From Promethearchaeota archaeon (GTDB lineage Archaea; Asgardarchaeota; Lokiarchaeia; Sigyniarchaeales; SOKP01): a stretch of 64,000 nt of DNA. Shown here piece after piece: positions 1 through 11,156 of this stretch. The stretch's first letter is position 1; each line of letters starts with the position of its first letter. A program made the position numbers and the translations under genes. Below the pieces are notes generated by a model. The model did no database searches and had not been told where the DNA came from. It was given only the letters and a program-made list of their open reading frames with translations. The stretch lies in contig JBHLOI010000001.1 in assembly GCA_048940645.1 (NCBI GenBank), positions 1 to 64,000 of the forward strand. The letters run 5' to 3'.

Positions 1-56
1 TGCTTAAATTCTTCTAATAACATTAATACAATAAAATCATAAAAATCTAAAAAACA

Positions 57-1523
57 TTAAGCTTTAAATTTAAAATTAATCAATTTTTTCTCAGCTACTT
101 TAACGATTTTCCTGAGTTTTTCCTTAACCTCTTCGGGCAATTGTTTAGATTTATAAGTTTCTAATATCTTAAGAGTTTTTATTTTTACTTTATCACCATA
201 GCTGATCTTACCTTTTTTAATCCAACTCTCAGGATCATCGCGATTTAAATATTTTGGACGCCAAATTTCTTCTCTAAAATGTTTTACTGTATGCATTTCG
301 GCTAGAAATACTCCTCCCTGGCCAACTTTGTTGATTACATCAAATGCTAGTTTTTCTTTATCGATTTTAAATCCTTTAATGAATCTTTTAACATAACTTA
401 TAATTTCATCACACATTACTATGGAGACAGGACTTCCCACTAAGCCTTGACCCAGATATCCCACATCATGAATCAGATTTGCTCCATTTAGAGAAGAGAG
501 AAGGGTTGCAAAGGAATGTTCCATAGCTGCTTGCTGGTCCAAACAATGGGCATCAGATCCTACTGTTGACCACATCGGTATTTTATAATGATGATATAAG
601 TCTGCAAATGCGGAATTTCCAAGATGAAACTCAGGTGCACCATAACAGAATGTTGCTGATTTCATATCGATTGGTACTACACCTAACCCAGAAATAATGG
701 GTGCTCCTTTCTTTCTCAACTGATGCAATACAATTCCACTCAGGGCTTCTGCGTTTGCTTGAGCAATACTACCCGCTAAAGTTACTGGTGCGGTTCCTCC
801 GATTATATCTCCTGGAGGATAACATATTGGGATTTTATGGTCAGCACAAAAAAATAATTTACTAACTGCTCCAAATGAATGACAGAGTGGTGCTGTTGGC
901 TCAGAATAATGAATGATAAACGGTTTATCTTTAAGCTCTTTTTCTCCTCCAATAATAGTTTCTGCCATTCTAAAAATAATTTCTAAATCTTCCCTTCCTG
1001 CGGCTGTGAAAAATATAGGCTTTACAGAATTCTCCATCATGGTTTTAGCACATTGAATATACATTAAGTTCATTGGGACATCACTGGGTAATGCGAATGA
1101 TGCAATAAAGTCTACGTTTTCACAATAATCAGCTACAATAGCAGCATTTTTCACATCATCTAAAACTGAAAATCTTAATTCATCAGTTTTCAGATCAATT
1201 GTTCTTAGTAGATCAGTTCCGAGTCCATAATAATTATTATTTCCCTCTAATCTCATCGTTTCTTCGCCCTCTCGATTGTAGATAATAATTTGAGAAGGAG
1301 CACTACGGATACTTTCTTCAACTAACCATTTTGGCATGTGTACGATATTGGTTTCTTCCACAAAACATTCATTATTTTCTAATAATATCCTTGCTCCTTT
1401 ATGAAATACTTTAATCCCGATTTTGTCCAGAATTTCCAAACTAGCTAAATGCAAACGATTAATTTGTTCTTTAGTTAAAAGATAATATTGAGGCTTAACC
1501 TCATTTTTCTTATATTCTCTCAT
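57..1523 (-). CDS. Trimethylamine methyltransferase (MttB superfamily), non-pyrrolysine type
   Basis: 488 aa; MttB-like motifs (LHLASLEILDKIG, GGTAPVTLAGSIAQANAE, IHDVGYL, GQGGVFL); no in-frame amber codon. Confidence 0.85.
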   Translation of the reverse strand: MREYKKNEVKPQYYLLTKEQINRLHLASLEILDKIGIKVFHKGARILLENNECFVEETNIVHMPKWLVEESIRSAPSQIIIYNREGEETMRLEGNNNYYGLGTDLLRTIDLKTDELRFSVLDDVKNAAIVADYCENVDFIASFALPSDVPMNLMYIQCAKTMMENSVKPIFFTAAGREDLEIIFRMAETIIGGEKELKDKPFIIHYSEPTAPLCHSFGAVSKLFFCADHKIPICYPPGDIIGGTAPVTLAGSIAQANAEALSGIVLHQLRKKGAPIISGLGVVPIDMKSATFCYGAPEFHLGNSAFADLYHHYKIPMWSTVGSDAHCLDQQAAMEHSFATLLSSLNGANLIHDVGYLGQGLVGSPVSIVMCDEIISYVKRFIKGFKIDKEKLAFDVINKVGQGGVFLAEMHTVKHFREEIWRPKYLNRDDPESWIKKGKISYGDKVKIKTLKILETYKSKQLPEEVKEKLRKIVKVAEKKLINFKFKA

Positions 1524-1778
1524 TCTTATAAAACCTTAGGGTTATTCAATACAGTATCATTTAATTATACTTCAATATTTGATAGGATATACTTTTGAAT
1601 TTCATAAAAGTAAAATCATCATAATTAATTTGGGACTTATTATTAAGCTTATTAATATTCTATAAAAGGGAAAGTTAACAAAATACTTAGTTTGAGTATA
1701 AAAAATTAGCAGAAAAAATTAGGTTTAATATTTTTAAAGCATTTTTTAAACATAACAACATTAAAATAATTCCAAGAA

Positions 1779-2099
1779 ATGATAGCAAGAATCTGGCATG
1801 GTTGGACCACATTTGAAAATGCAGATACTTATGAAAGCTTACTTAGAAATGAGATATTCCCGTCTATTGAAAATAAAAACATAAAAGGATATAGAAAAAT
1901 AAGTCTTTTAAGACGCCCCTTGAAAAATGAGGTTGAATTTATTACAATTATGCTATTTGAAAATTTGAGTGCAGTAAAAGAATTTGCGGGTAACGAGTAT
2001 GAAAAATCCTATGTTCCTCAAAAAGCACAAAATGTTCTTTTAAGACACGATAAAATCTCACAGCATTACGAAATAGTAAGTGAATTCTATTATAAATAA
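1779..2099 (+). CDS. Antibiotic biosynthesis monooxygenase-like (dimeric alpha/beta barrel) protein
   Basis: MIARIWHGWT start and C-terminal HYE typical of this ABM-like subfamily. Confidence 0.7.
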   Translation: MIARIWHGWTTFENADTYESLLRNEIFPSIENKNIKGYRKISLLRRPLKNEVEFITIMLFENLSAVKEFAGNEYEKSYVPQKAQNVLLRHDKISQHYEIVSEFYYK

Positions 2100-2176
2100 A
2101 TTTGATTGAGATAAAGATAAGGATGTTCTTTCATTTGACATTAGAAAGTTCGAGATTCTTATACTTGAATTATTAA

Positions 2177-3502
2177 TTATTTAAAATTAGGTAAATAATT
2201 TTTTTGAATATCCATCATTTCATTAAATATTGTTTCAGCTATTTCAAAACTGCCACAATTCACATCAATAGCTATACAATCAATAGCTAGTTGTTTCGAT
2301 TCCTGTAGTATAGCTTCAACGCATAAATCTTGAATAGAAGATTCTATACGTAAGATTGCCGCAATATTACTTGGAATATTCCCTAATTTTACTCCATGAA
2401 TACCATTCTTATTAACTATTCCGGAACATTCAATCACTAAATCTTGAGGTAGATTTTCAATAATCCTATCATTAGGGATGTTTACAGCTATTTCATATGA
2501 ATTACTATCTTTGATTATAGCTTCGATAATGGGGATTGCTCTCTCTCCAGATGGTTCTTGCATTAACATACCTTTTTTAGGATATCTTCCTTTCTTTAAT
2601 CGATTATAAAATCTCGTTAATCGAGCAATACCACCCTTATTGGCTTGCTCCATCCTTGAAATCCAGTCTGTTAAATCTTCTTCTGTAGTGTATTGAGACC
2701 CTATTTGTAAATATTCACAAATATGATTATCGCCGACATAAGGAAACCATCCAAACCTTTTATATAACTCAAATGTAAGATCAGCAAAATGAAATCTATC
2801 CCACTTATCCTTAAAATACTCCATACATTTTGAATTGAATTCAGGCATTAAATCAGCTCCGGATTTTAAATTTTTTAATCCAAGTAAAAATGCAAAATGA
2901 TTAAGTCCTCCGGTAATTAGCTGCATATCACTTAAATCTCTATTCATCATAGTAGGTAAGTGATGTGAAGTTAAGAGTCCTATTTGGTGACAAAGCCCAA
3001 GCATTTTCAATTTAGGAACTACTCTTTTCAACGCAAGACATATACGTGAAACAGGATTTGAATAATTTATAAAAAAAGCATCGGGACATATTCTTTGAAC
3101 ATCTTTAGCAATTTTGATAATTTCTGGAATTTGACGTGCACTATGGAAGAATCCTCCCGCACCACCATTCTCACCCATTCTTTCAGTTGTCCCGTGTTTT
3201 CTAGGGATTGTATTATCCTGCCAACGTAACTCAAATCGATCTCCATGTTCAGTAGAATTAATAACAAAATCTGCGTCTTTAAGAGCTTTTTCTCTATTAA
3301 TTGTAGATTCAATTATGAATTTATTGCCAATTTTCTTATTATCCTCTGATACAACTTCGTAAACCATCTGTAACTTATTTTCGTCTATATCTAGAAGCGT
3401 AATAGTAGATCCAGCTAAAATCTCACTTCGGTTCAAATCGATGAATGTTGCTGGACCAAAAGAAGGACTTCCTGCTCCAATTAGAACAATTTTAATATCC
3501 AT
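2177..3502 (-). CDS. Glycoside hydrolase family 4 (NAD-dependent alpha-galactosidase-like)
   Basis: KIVLIGAGS Rossmann start, NYSNP, GLCH and GLNH motifs of GH4. Confidence 0.9.
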   Translation of the reverse strand: MDIKIVLIGAGSPSFGPATFIDLNRSEILAGSTITLLDIDENKLQMVYEVVSEDNKKIGNKFIIESTINREKALKDADFVINSTEHGDRFELRWQDNTIPRKHGTTERMGENGGAGGFFHSARQIPEIIKIAKDVQRICPDAFFINYSNPVSRICLALKRVVPKLKMLGLCHQIGLLTSHHLPTMMNRDLSDMQLITGGLNHFAFLLGLKNLKSGADLMPEFNSKCMEYFKDKWDRFHFADLTFELYKRFGWFPYVGDNHICEYLQIGSQYTTEEDLTDWISRMEQANKGGIARLTRFYNRLKKGRYPKKGMLMQEPSGERAIPIIEAIIKDSNSYEIAVNIPNDRIIENLPQDLVIECSGIVNKNGIHGVKLGNIPSNIAAILRIESSIQDLCVEAILQESKQLAIDCIAIDVNCGSFEIAETIFNEMMDIQKNYLPNFK

Positions 3503-3601
3503 TATACATCTTAAAATGAGGATAAAATAATAAATTTCATTAAGTTCTATTAAAATAAAAAAAATTGTAGTTAAAAAAATTCTTTAAAATTTCTAAGAGA
3601 T

Positions 3602-4792
3602 TTATTGATATGCTTTCCATTTTTGCTCAAGATTAGGATCTTGAATTGTTTCCATTATGTATTTTGCATACTCTTCTCCAGTGGCTCCATTATCTCGCCC
3701 TGTAATTTTTACTTTTGCTTCAAATTGGGCACAGATATCAAGTGCCATTTCTAATTTCCTTCCTTTTTGATTAAATCCTATATGATTAAGTAGCAATGCT
3801 GCAGCTTTAATTATACTCGACGGATCAGCATAAACTGCCCTTCCCTCTTCTACCATTCGAGGGGCAGTTCCATGAATTGCTTCAAACATTGCATATTGTT
3901 TGCCAATATTTGCACTACCTGCAGTTCCAACTCCACCCTGAATCTGTGCTGCCTCATCTGTTATTATATCTCCATATAGGTTTGGAGCGACAAAAACTTT
4001 GAAATCTCTTTGACGCGCTGGATCTACTAACTTCGCAGTAGCAATATCAATATACCAATCATCCCATTTTACCTGGGGATATTCTTTAGCAATTTTTTCA
4101 GCCATCGCGAGAAATTTGCCATCAGTAGCTTTTACTACATTTGCTTTTGTTACTACAGAAACTCGATTAATGTTATTCTTTGATGCATAATCAAACGCTA
4201 AACGTATAATTCTATCTGAACCTTGTTCAGTTATTACTTTAAAATCAATAGCTAAATCATCAGTAATATTTATTCCTTTTGAACCTAATACGTATGCTCC
4301 CTCAGTGTTTTCTCTGAAAAACATCCAATCTATACCTAATTGAGGAACTTTAACTGGACGTACGTTAGCAAATAAGTCAAGTTCTCGACGCATAGTAACA
4401 TTGGCACTTTCTATATTAGGCCAACCATCACCTTTTCTTGGAGTATGCGTTGGACCCTTCAAAATTACATGACATTCCTTTAATTGCGCTAAAACATCAT
4501 CTGGTATAGCCTTCATATGTTTTGCTCTATTATCTATAGTTAAGCCTTCGATAATGCGCAGTGTTACCTTTCCATTTTCTATTTCATCTTTCAACAAAAA
4601 CTCTAATATGGTTTGAGCATGTTTAGTGATATATGGTCCAATCCCATCTCCACCAGCAATTCCAATGATTATAGGCTTTAATTTCGAGTAATCTGTCCAA
4701 TCTGCTGCTTTTTTCATTTGTTCAACTCTTTCTAACTGCTCCTCTACAAGTTTACCAAAATGTTGCCTTGCCTTTTCTACGATATCATTCAT
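3602..4792 (-). CDS. icd: Isocitrate dehydrogenase (isocitrate/isopropylmalate dehydrogenase family)
   Basis: GDGIGP, LKGP, SANVTMRRELDLFANVRP, RENTEG, KANV, NLYGDIITD, EAIHGTAP; directly downstream of aclBA. Confidence 0.8.
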   Translation of the reverse strand: MNDIVEKARQHFGKLVEEQLERVEQMKKAADWTDYSKLKPIIIGIAGGDGIGPYITKHAQTILEFLLKDEIENGKVTLRIIEGLTIDNRAKHMKAIPDDVLAQLKECHVILKGPTHTPRKGDGWPNIESANVTMRRELDLFANVRPVKVPQLGIDWMFFRENTEGAYVLGSKGINITDDLAIDFKVITEQGSDRIIRLAFDYASKNNINRVSVVTKANVVKATDGKFLAMAEKIAKEYPQVKWDDWYIDIATAKLVDPARQRDFKVFVAPNLYGDIITDEAAQIQGGVGTAGSANIGKQYAMFEAIHGTAPRMVEEGRAVYADPSSIIKAAALLLNHIGFNQKGRKLEMALDICAQFEAKVKITGRDNGATGEEYAKYIMETIQDPNLEQKWKAYQ

Positions 4793-4892
4793 CAGAAAAA
4801 CCTTTTTTTAATTTTAAATATTTTTTTTTCCAATTTTGATATTAAATTTTTTATCTATTTTAAATTAATTTTTTCCTTATAAGTTATAAGAA

Positions 4893-6740
4893 TTAATCTG
4901 ATGAGAATAAAATCTCATCCCAAGGTTGGCGATACAGTCCAGCTCTCTGCCTTTTTTGATCAAAAACATGGCCCATCATACCAATACTTCGTCCAAGTAC
5001 AAAAAGTCCATTTAATGCCTCGCTATATATAACATCTTCTATTTCTTCTTCTGTGAAATCTAAATTTTCTAATAGATCTAAGAATGTAATGCCAATACAT
5101 CCATCAACATTTAAAATTAAATTATTTCTTTTAGCAGTTGTTAATTTTTCAACTTCTAACGCAAAATCAAGGTGAGGATGTTTTTTAAAGTTCTTAAACA
5201 CAAATTCTTTTAGCAGCTGAACTCTCACATCTGGGTTCTGAACAGATTTAATTCTATGTCCTATTCCAGGAATATTAATTTGAGCAACATCTTTCATATA
5301 TTTAACAAATTTTGATGGATTCATATCCTTTTGTAATGCTTCTCTAATGTATTTTGCAGCATCAGAAATTGCACCCCCAAAGCGAGGTCCTATAGTTAAA
5401 ATACCACTTGCGAGCGCCGACATCAAATCTTTACCAGCTCGGGCGGTAATAATAGCATTATGAGCTCCAGAAACTGCGGGTCCATGGTCAGCAGTCAATT
5501 TAATCACCATTTCAATAAATTGTTGAGCAAAATCGGGAAGTTCACGCTTGAACCATAAAAGTCCAATTACATATCCTATAGATTTATTTTCTTGTATGAT
5601 TTTATCTAGTCCAACTGTAGCAAAAGTAGGAACATCGCCTCTATCATCTGAGATTGTAACAACAACATCACTAGGTCTTCTGACTATACCCAATCTTGTA
5701 GCATCGCCAAAATCTAATGGAATTTTAGGTGGTTCAAATTCTTCGACTTCTCCAATTTTCCCTTCAGATATTAGCTTTTCAAATACTTGTCTTATTTTTT
5801 TATCTAAATCTTCATAAGAATCGGGTACAACAGCACCAGCTTCTTTCAATGCTTTATTTTTTGCTTCAGCAGTTTCCATTGCACTTCCTGCCATAGCACC
5901 AGCATGTCCAAATTGTAACCCAGAGGGTAAAATTCTTGCAGCAGTTCCTGCGACCCATATCACAATCGGTTTAGTTATCTTTCCAGATTTTAAAGCATCG
6001 ACAATAGCATACTCATCTTTTCCTCCTATTTCTCCTAGAGCTACAATCATTTTGATGTTTGGATTTGCTTCATATCGCATGATATGGTCAATCAAAACTG
6101 AACCCGCATATCTATCTCCACCTATTGCTATTCCCTCATATATTCCATCTGTAGTTTGAGAAATCATAAAATTCATCTCATTTGATAAACCACCTGATTT
6201 CGATACAAACCCTACAGAACCAGGTCTATATAATTTTGAGAGTATAATATTTTCAACAGTTCCAGCAGTATTAGCAATTTTAAAAGCCCCTGCTTTTATT
6301 CCACCTACAGTTGCAGGTCCAATTATTATTTTCTTTTTCTCATCGGCAATTTTAATTAAATGACGGCTTTGTCGTTCTGGAACTCCTTCTGCAATAATGA
6401 TTATTGTACGTATTGTGTCCGATTCTAATGCTTCTTTACTAGTTGGATAAGCAGATCTAAATGAAGAGAAGTTTATCATTACATCTGTATTTGGATGCTT
6501 TTTAACGGCTAATTCTAAGGTTTTATAAACAGGAATGACAATTTCTTTATTTCCCCAGAAAACCTTATGATAATTAACAGCGGCTCCCTGAGTAGGTCTT
6601 ATAACAGCAGCTACTGAAGGTGTTTCACGTTTACATAAAAAATCAAAATCAAGCATCCTTTGGATTGCTCTAGCTTGAAACCCATAAATAATTGCTTGTG
6701 TTTTCCTATCAAATAATTCATAATCTTTCATTTTTCTCAT
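4893..6740 (-). CDS. aclA: ATP-citrate lyase alpha subunit (CoA-binding, phosphohistidine and citryl-CoA lyase domains)
   Basis: QRMLDFDFLC, GPATVGGIK, QFGHAGA phospho-His motif, ADHGPAVSGAHN, GIGHRIKS, NLILNVDG. Confidence 0.95.
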   Translation of the reverse strand: MRKMKDYELFDRKTQAIIYGFQARAIQRMLDFDFLCKRETPSVAAVIRPTQGAAVNYHKVFWGNKEIVIPVYKTLELAVKKHPNTDVMINFSSFRSAYPTSKEALESDTIRTIIIIAEGVPERQSRHLIKIADEKKKIIIGPATVGGIKAGAFKIANTAGTVENIILSKLYRPGSVGFVSKSGGLSNEMNFMISQTTDGIYEGIAIGGDRYAGSVLIDHIMRYEANPNIKMIVALGEIGGKDEYAIVDALKSGKITKPIVIWVAGTAARILPSGLQFGHAGAMAGSAMETAEAKNKALKEAGAVVPDSYEDLDKKIRQVFEKLISEGKIGEVEEFEPPKIPLDFGDATRLGIVRRPSDVVVTISDDRGDVPTFATVGLDKIIQENKSIGYVIGLLWFKRELPDFAQQFIEMVIKLTADHGPAVSGAHNAIITARAGKDLMSALASGILTIGPRFGGAISDAAKYIREALQKDMNPSKFVKYMKDVAQINIPGIGHRIKSVQNPDVRVQLLKEFVFKNFKKHPHLDFALEVEKLTTAKRNNLILNVDGCIGITFLDLLENLDFTEEEIEDVIYSEALNGLFVLGRSIGMMGHVFDQKRQRAGLYRQPWDEILFSSD

Positions 6741-6748
6741 CCTCTTAA

Positions 6749-8020
6749 TTATTTTATTAATGATACTATTCTTGTCATATGGGTATATCTATCATATACC
6801 TCAATGGGAATTCCTGTTTCTTCACCGACTTGCTTCATTAATTCTAAACCTTGTTTTTCATTAGGACCACCTCTCCGTACTAAGATTTTTACATTTGCCT
6901 TTTTTAATTTATCAACTGATTTTCTAATCGCACTTACAATTCCAGCAAAAGTAGCTTTTACGTCTGTAAAATTAGCAATTCCACCGCCTATTATAAGATA
7001 TTTTGTTCTTCCTTTAGGATCAGGACTTTCGGTGATCAAGTCTATTATGGTTTGAGCGTATATCTCTGTGTGTTCCCTAGAGGGATTTCCTGAATATTCA
7101 CCATAATTTCCAAGCTCCTCTCCGAGCCCAAGATCAACCACTGTGTCAGTATAAATAACTGAGGCTCCTCCTCCAGCAACCATGGTCCAGATTCTAGCCT
7201 CTCGATTTAAAATTTTAAGTTTTAGTGATGCTCCAGTCTTTTCATCTAATTCTCTAATTAATTCTTCTTCCTCTGATAATACTTGCCCAAAACCGGCTGG
7301 AAATTCAATGGGATTATCTGGATTTCCCCAAGTATCCAAATGAAGGAAGGCAGCAGTATCATCTAATCTAGCTTTTACATCTAGTGGTACAATTTTTTTA
7401 TCTTTGGTAATCGCAAAAGGATTAATCTCAAGAAAAGCAAAATCTTGATCCACATACACTTGAAACAAACCTTTAATGAATGGTATTAAAACATTTTCAA
7501 ATTCGCCCAAGTTTGGTAATTTACTTATTAAATCAAAGGAATTAATTTCTGTACCTAGAGGAACAGGTATATGTGAGACTTTATCCCAATTCTCTTCAAT
7601 AAAAATTCCTCCTTCGAAGCTGAAATGGATTATATCATTTTCTCTATCAGAAGTTATAGAAATATAGTATTCCTTTTCATGGGAAACAAAGGGTTCAACT
7701 AATAGTCTTTTTAATTCTCCTCTAACATTTCCAATTTCGCACACTCTATCCAAATTACTATAACAAAAATCTTTCATTTCATCGCAATTTGCGTCTAATA
7801 AAATGAGATTAGCTTTACCTCTTTTTCCAAATAGTTGGTCAGGCTTAGCAACAACTTTTTCTGATTGAATCCAAGGATTTTCAGATATAGCTTTTTCTAA
7901 GTCTGTATCACAGTCGATAACTACGAGTTTGTTGTGGTAGTTAAAGTCCGAATAATATTTAGGCAATTCACCCGCTAATAATTTTTTAGCATCATATTCA
8001 TAAATATTTTTTTGCGCCAA
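6749..8020 (-). CDS. aclB: ATP-citrate lyase beta subunit (ATP-grasp and citrate-binding)
   Basis: IYEYDAK, VAKPDQLFGKRGK, LEINP, MVAGGGASV, NYGEYSG, IGGGIANFT, RRGGPN; TTG start after GGTGGAG. Confidence 0.95.
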   Translation of the reverse strand: MAQKNIYEYDAKKLLAGELPKYYSDFNYHNKLVVIDCDTDLEKAISENPWIQSEKVVAKPDQLFGKRGKANLILLDANCDEMKDFCYSNLDRVCEIGNVRGELKRLLVEPFVSHEKEYYISITSDRENDIIHFSFEGGIFIEENWDKVSHIPVPLGTEINSFDLISKLPNLGEFENVLIPFIKGLFQVYVDQDFAFLEINPFAITKDKKIVPLDVKARLDDTAAFLHLDTWGNPDNPIEFPAGFGQVLSEEEELIRELDEKTGASLKLKILNREARIWTMVAGGGASVIYTDTVVDLGLGEELGNYGEYSGNPSREHTEIYAQTIIDLITESPDPKGRTKYLIIGGGIANFTDVKATFAGIVSAIRKSVDKLKKANVKILVRRGGPNEKQGLELMKQVGEETGIPIEVYDRYTHMTRIVSLIK

Positions 8021-8346
8021 TTCTCTTTTTCTCCACCTTATTATATATAATAATTGCTATTATGTGTAAAATTGGCTTTTATAAAAATTTTCCCTACAGA
8101 AATTATATGGGAATATTTTCCCTCCTTTTCCTATAAATCGATAAATTCTTTAAGAATATTTGAAAATTGAAAAGCTAGATTGTCCACAATATCTAATAAC
8201 TTGAAATTGTAAAATCAATTTAAAATAAACTACAAGAAAATTGATAAATCATGGGAAAAAATCTTAAAAAGTTAAATGTAATAGTATGCGTATTCAATAT
8301 AGAAATATATCCTCTTTATAGGATGTCTATGACAGAATATGAATTT

Positions 8347-9624
8347 TTATCTTTTAATTTTAATTTTTGTTACTAATATAATGGCTAATAACCCTAATCC
8401 AATAAAAATGAATACGAAAAAATACCAGTTCATTCCATTAACTTTATCTAAAGGAGCTATTGAAGAACTACAGTAATTATCAGTAATAACATTTCCTTCA
8501 CAAGATGTCTCTTTAATACATCCTAATAGGTATTCCGTAATTTTGTTGTATTTTATAGTATTATAATTACTTAATGATAATTCAATACCGTATTTACCAT
8601 TTCTTAGTGTATTGTTTAAAACAATATTGAAATTACTTTCAGAAATAGTAATTCCATTACCATTGGTGATCTCATCATTTTTAATATATTCGATTTGATT
8701 CAGGATAATTAGATTATTGTTAGATTCCTGGGATATTCTTATTCCATCATAAGTATGACTAATATTATTATAAAGTATTCTGTTGTTACAACATTCCTCC
8801 CATAAAATTATTCCTTGAGATTCTTCTTGAAATGAATTATTTGTTATATTATTAAAACTACTTTCTTGTAAATATAAGCTACTGAAGCCGTGAGATGATA
8901 AGATTGAATTGTTATGAATAAAATTATAATTGCTGTAATGTAGAAAAATGTGGTAATCTACCTTCAAAAATTGCATTATATTTCCAATCATTTTACTAAA
9001 ATTGACATTTGAGAAGTAAATGCTTTTAAGTAGATGATAATGATACGTATCCATTGTTATTAAGTAATTATTTACTATATTAAGGTTCAAACAATCTGTG
9101 CAATATATCGCATAATTGTTTATTTCGATTAATTTATTGTTAGATATTGTAAAATTATTACATAAATTCAGACTAATTCCATATGTTTCTGAGCGAAATA
9201 TATAGTTATTGGATATATTGAAATTCTTAGATTCTATAATTGTAATATCATTATAATAACGAAGAGAATTATTGAATAATACACCATTAGATGTATTGGA
9301 AATCAATAGATGAGTAATGCAATATCTAATAACAAAAAAGCAATTAGAATTAATAATATGGATACCAGCACGTATATTTTCAATCAAATAAGGATCATTC
9401 AAAGTACCATTACCAGCACACCATTCCTGTGAACTTGCCCACGTCCAATTATGAGCTCCTACTCCATGTGCAGTTCCATTTATAAAAATAGGCCCCACTA
9501 AAGGTTTATCACTTTTATTATAATTAGCTGAATATAATTTAATTATGCCAGAATTATGATTTATTGGTAATAACAATGTGATCAATACGAAAACTATTAA
9601 TTTCCTTAAATTTGATTTTTTCAA
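8347..9624 (-). CDS. Membrane-anchored right-handed beta-helix (NosD/PbH1-repeat) surface protein
   Basis: N-terminal signal-like segment, GTLNDPYLIEN motif, many GI.L..S.NN.I..N repeats, C-terminal TM helix with basic tail. Confidence 0.75.
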   Translation of the reverse strand: MKKSNLRKLIVFVLITLLLPINHNSGIIKLYSANYNKSDKPLVGPIFINGTAHGVGAHNWTWASSQEWCAGNGTLNDPYLIENIRAGIHIINSNCFFVIRYCITHLLISNTSNGVLFNNSLRYYNDITIIESKNFNISNNYIFRSETYGISLNLCNNFTISNNKLIEINNYAIYCTDCLNLNIVNNYLITMDTYHYHLLKSIYFSNVNFSKMIGNIMQFLKVDYHIFLHYSNYNFIHNNSILSSHGFSSLYLQESSFNNITNNSFQEESQGIILWEECCNNRILYNNISHTYDGIRISQESNNNLIILNQIEYIKNDEITNGNGITISESNFNIVLNNTLRNGKYGIELSLSNYNTIKYNKITEYLLGCIKETSCEGNVITDNYCSSSIAPLDKVNGMNWYFFVFIFIGLGLLAIILVTKIKIKR

Positions 9625-9718
9625 TATTTATCTTTCTCTTATTAAATTCATGGACTATTATGTTAAAAAAATATTTAAACTCTTTCTGTTCAAGAAGGAT
9701 AAGTTCAAATAATCAAAT

Positions 9719-11128
9719 TTAATACTTTTTTTTTATTTGACTTAAAAGGTTTCCCAAAACTTCTATTATTTCTGGTTTATCGGTCCATAGATTATGCTTT
9801 TCTTCTGGATCTTTTTCTAAATTATATAGTTGCCCTTTAGGATCTCCCTTCTTAGGGTAAATCTTAGCAGGTAATGTAAACCCTCCTGAACCTAGTCCTC
9901 TAATGAATTTCCATTTTCCTTGACGAATAGAAAATACTCCCCACATAGAATGGTGAATAATTGAATCGCGAACTATTTTTGTAAGATTTTCCCCTAATAA
10001 AGCGGGAAGCATGTTGAAACTGTCTTCAGCAACTCCATCAGGAACAGATAAGTCTAATAGAGCTGCAAAGGTGGCAAAGAAATCAACTAAACATAAAGGT
10101 TCTTTAGAAATTATATTTGGTTTAATATGATTAGGCCATCTCACAATTAAGGGTTCTCGATGTCCACCTTCCCAGATATCTCCCTTTTGGCCTCTCCAAG
10201 AACCATTTGAATTATGTCCATAATCTTTACCGTTGAAACAAGTAGCTCTAGCTCCATTATCGCTTGTGATCATGAATAAGGTATTTTCGTTTAGTCCTAA
10301 ATTTTCCAGTTCGCCATTAATTTGTTCAACTACCCAATCAACTAAAACTACCATGTCTCCTCGATCACCAGCTTGACTGTTGCCTTTTACAAATTCAGGT
10401 TGTACATCACATGGACGATGAGGGGCAGATGTACATAAATATATAAAGAATGGATTAGAACTATCATTTTTAACATGATCTTGAATAAATTGAATTGTTT
10501 TTTCAGTAAATTTTATATCAACATTATCATCACGCCAACCTGGAACCATTAATCCCTCTCTTTGTTGTTGATATAAAGGTTTTTTTGGAAGAGAAGGTAT
10601 TCCTACAGTATGCTCATTTTCAATAAAACAATAGGGTGGCATATCAAGTGATCCAGATATTCCAAAAAAGTAATCAAAACCGAGAGACGTAGGCCCTCCC
10701 TTTATAGGTTTTGAATAATCGATATCTGGATTGCTGTCATTAGGATTATTAAGAGGCTGATATTTTTGGGTTGGCCATTTAAGACCTACATGCCATTTAC
10801 CAATTGCAGCTGTGCTATATCCTCTTTTTTTCAATAACGTAGCGATCGTTGGTCTTTCTGGCTCAATAAGTGGAAAGCTATATCCCCATAAGACACTCCG
10901 CTTTAATTTAGTTCGCCAGCAATATCGACCAGTGAGAATTGAATATCTACTGGGAGTACAAACAGCAGAAGACGAATGAGCATCAGTAAAACGAATTCCT
11001 TCAGAAGCAATTTTATCTATATTAGGTGTAGGAATCTTTTCAGAGCCATAGCAACCCAAATCCCCATACCCTAAATCGTCTGCTAAAATGAAAATTATAT
11101 TAGGATAATCTTTTGTTTTGGAAGGCAT
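9719..11128 (-). CDS. Arylsulfatase (Cys-type formylglycine sulfatase)
   Basis: PNIIFILADDLG, CTPSR signature, GKWH, SDNG, EGGHR. Confidence 0.92.
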   Translation of the reverse strand: MPSKTKDYPNIIFILADDLGYGDLGCYGSEKIPTPNIDKIASEGIRFTDAHSSSAVCTPSRYSILTGRYCWRTKLKRSVLWGYSFPLIEPERPTIATLLKKRGYSTAAIGKWHVGLKWPTQKYQPLNNPNDSNPDIDYSKPIKGGPTSLGFDYFFGISGSLDMPPYCFIENEHTVGIPSLPKKPLYQQQREGLMVPGWRDDNVDIKFTEKTIQFIQDHVKNDSSNPFFIYLCTSAPHRPCDVQPEFVKGNSQAGDRGDMVVLVDWVVEQINGELENLGLNENTLFMITSDNGARATCFNGKDYGHNSNGSWRGQKGDIWEGGHREPLIVRWPNHIKPNIISKEPLCLVDFFATFAALLDLSVPDGVAEDSFNMLPALLGENLTKIVRDSIIHHSMWGVFSIRQGKWKFIRGLGSGGFTLPAKIYPKKGDPKGQLYNLEKDPEEKHNLWTDKPEIIEVLGNLLSQIKKKY

Positions 11129-11156
11129 AATTATGAATCAAAAAAGAAGCAATGAA

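Noticed and set aside
57-1523. Pyrrolysine-containing MttB
   Set aside because: The ORF is uninterrupted, with no in-frame TAG.
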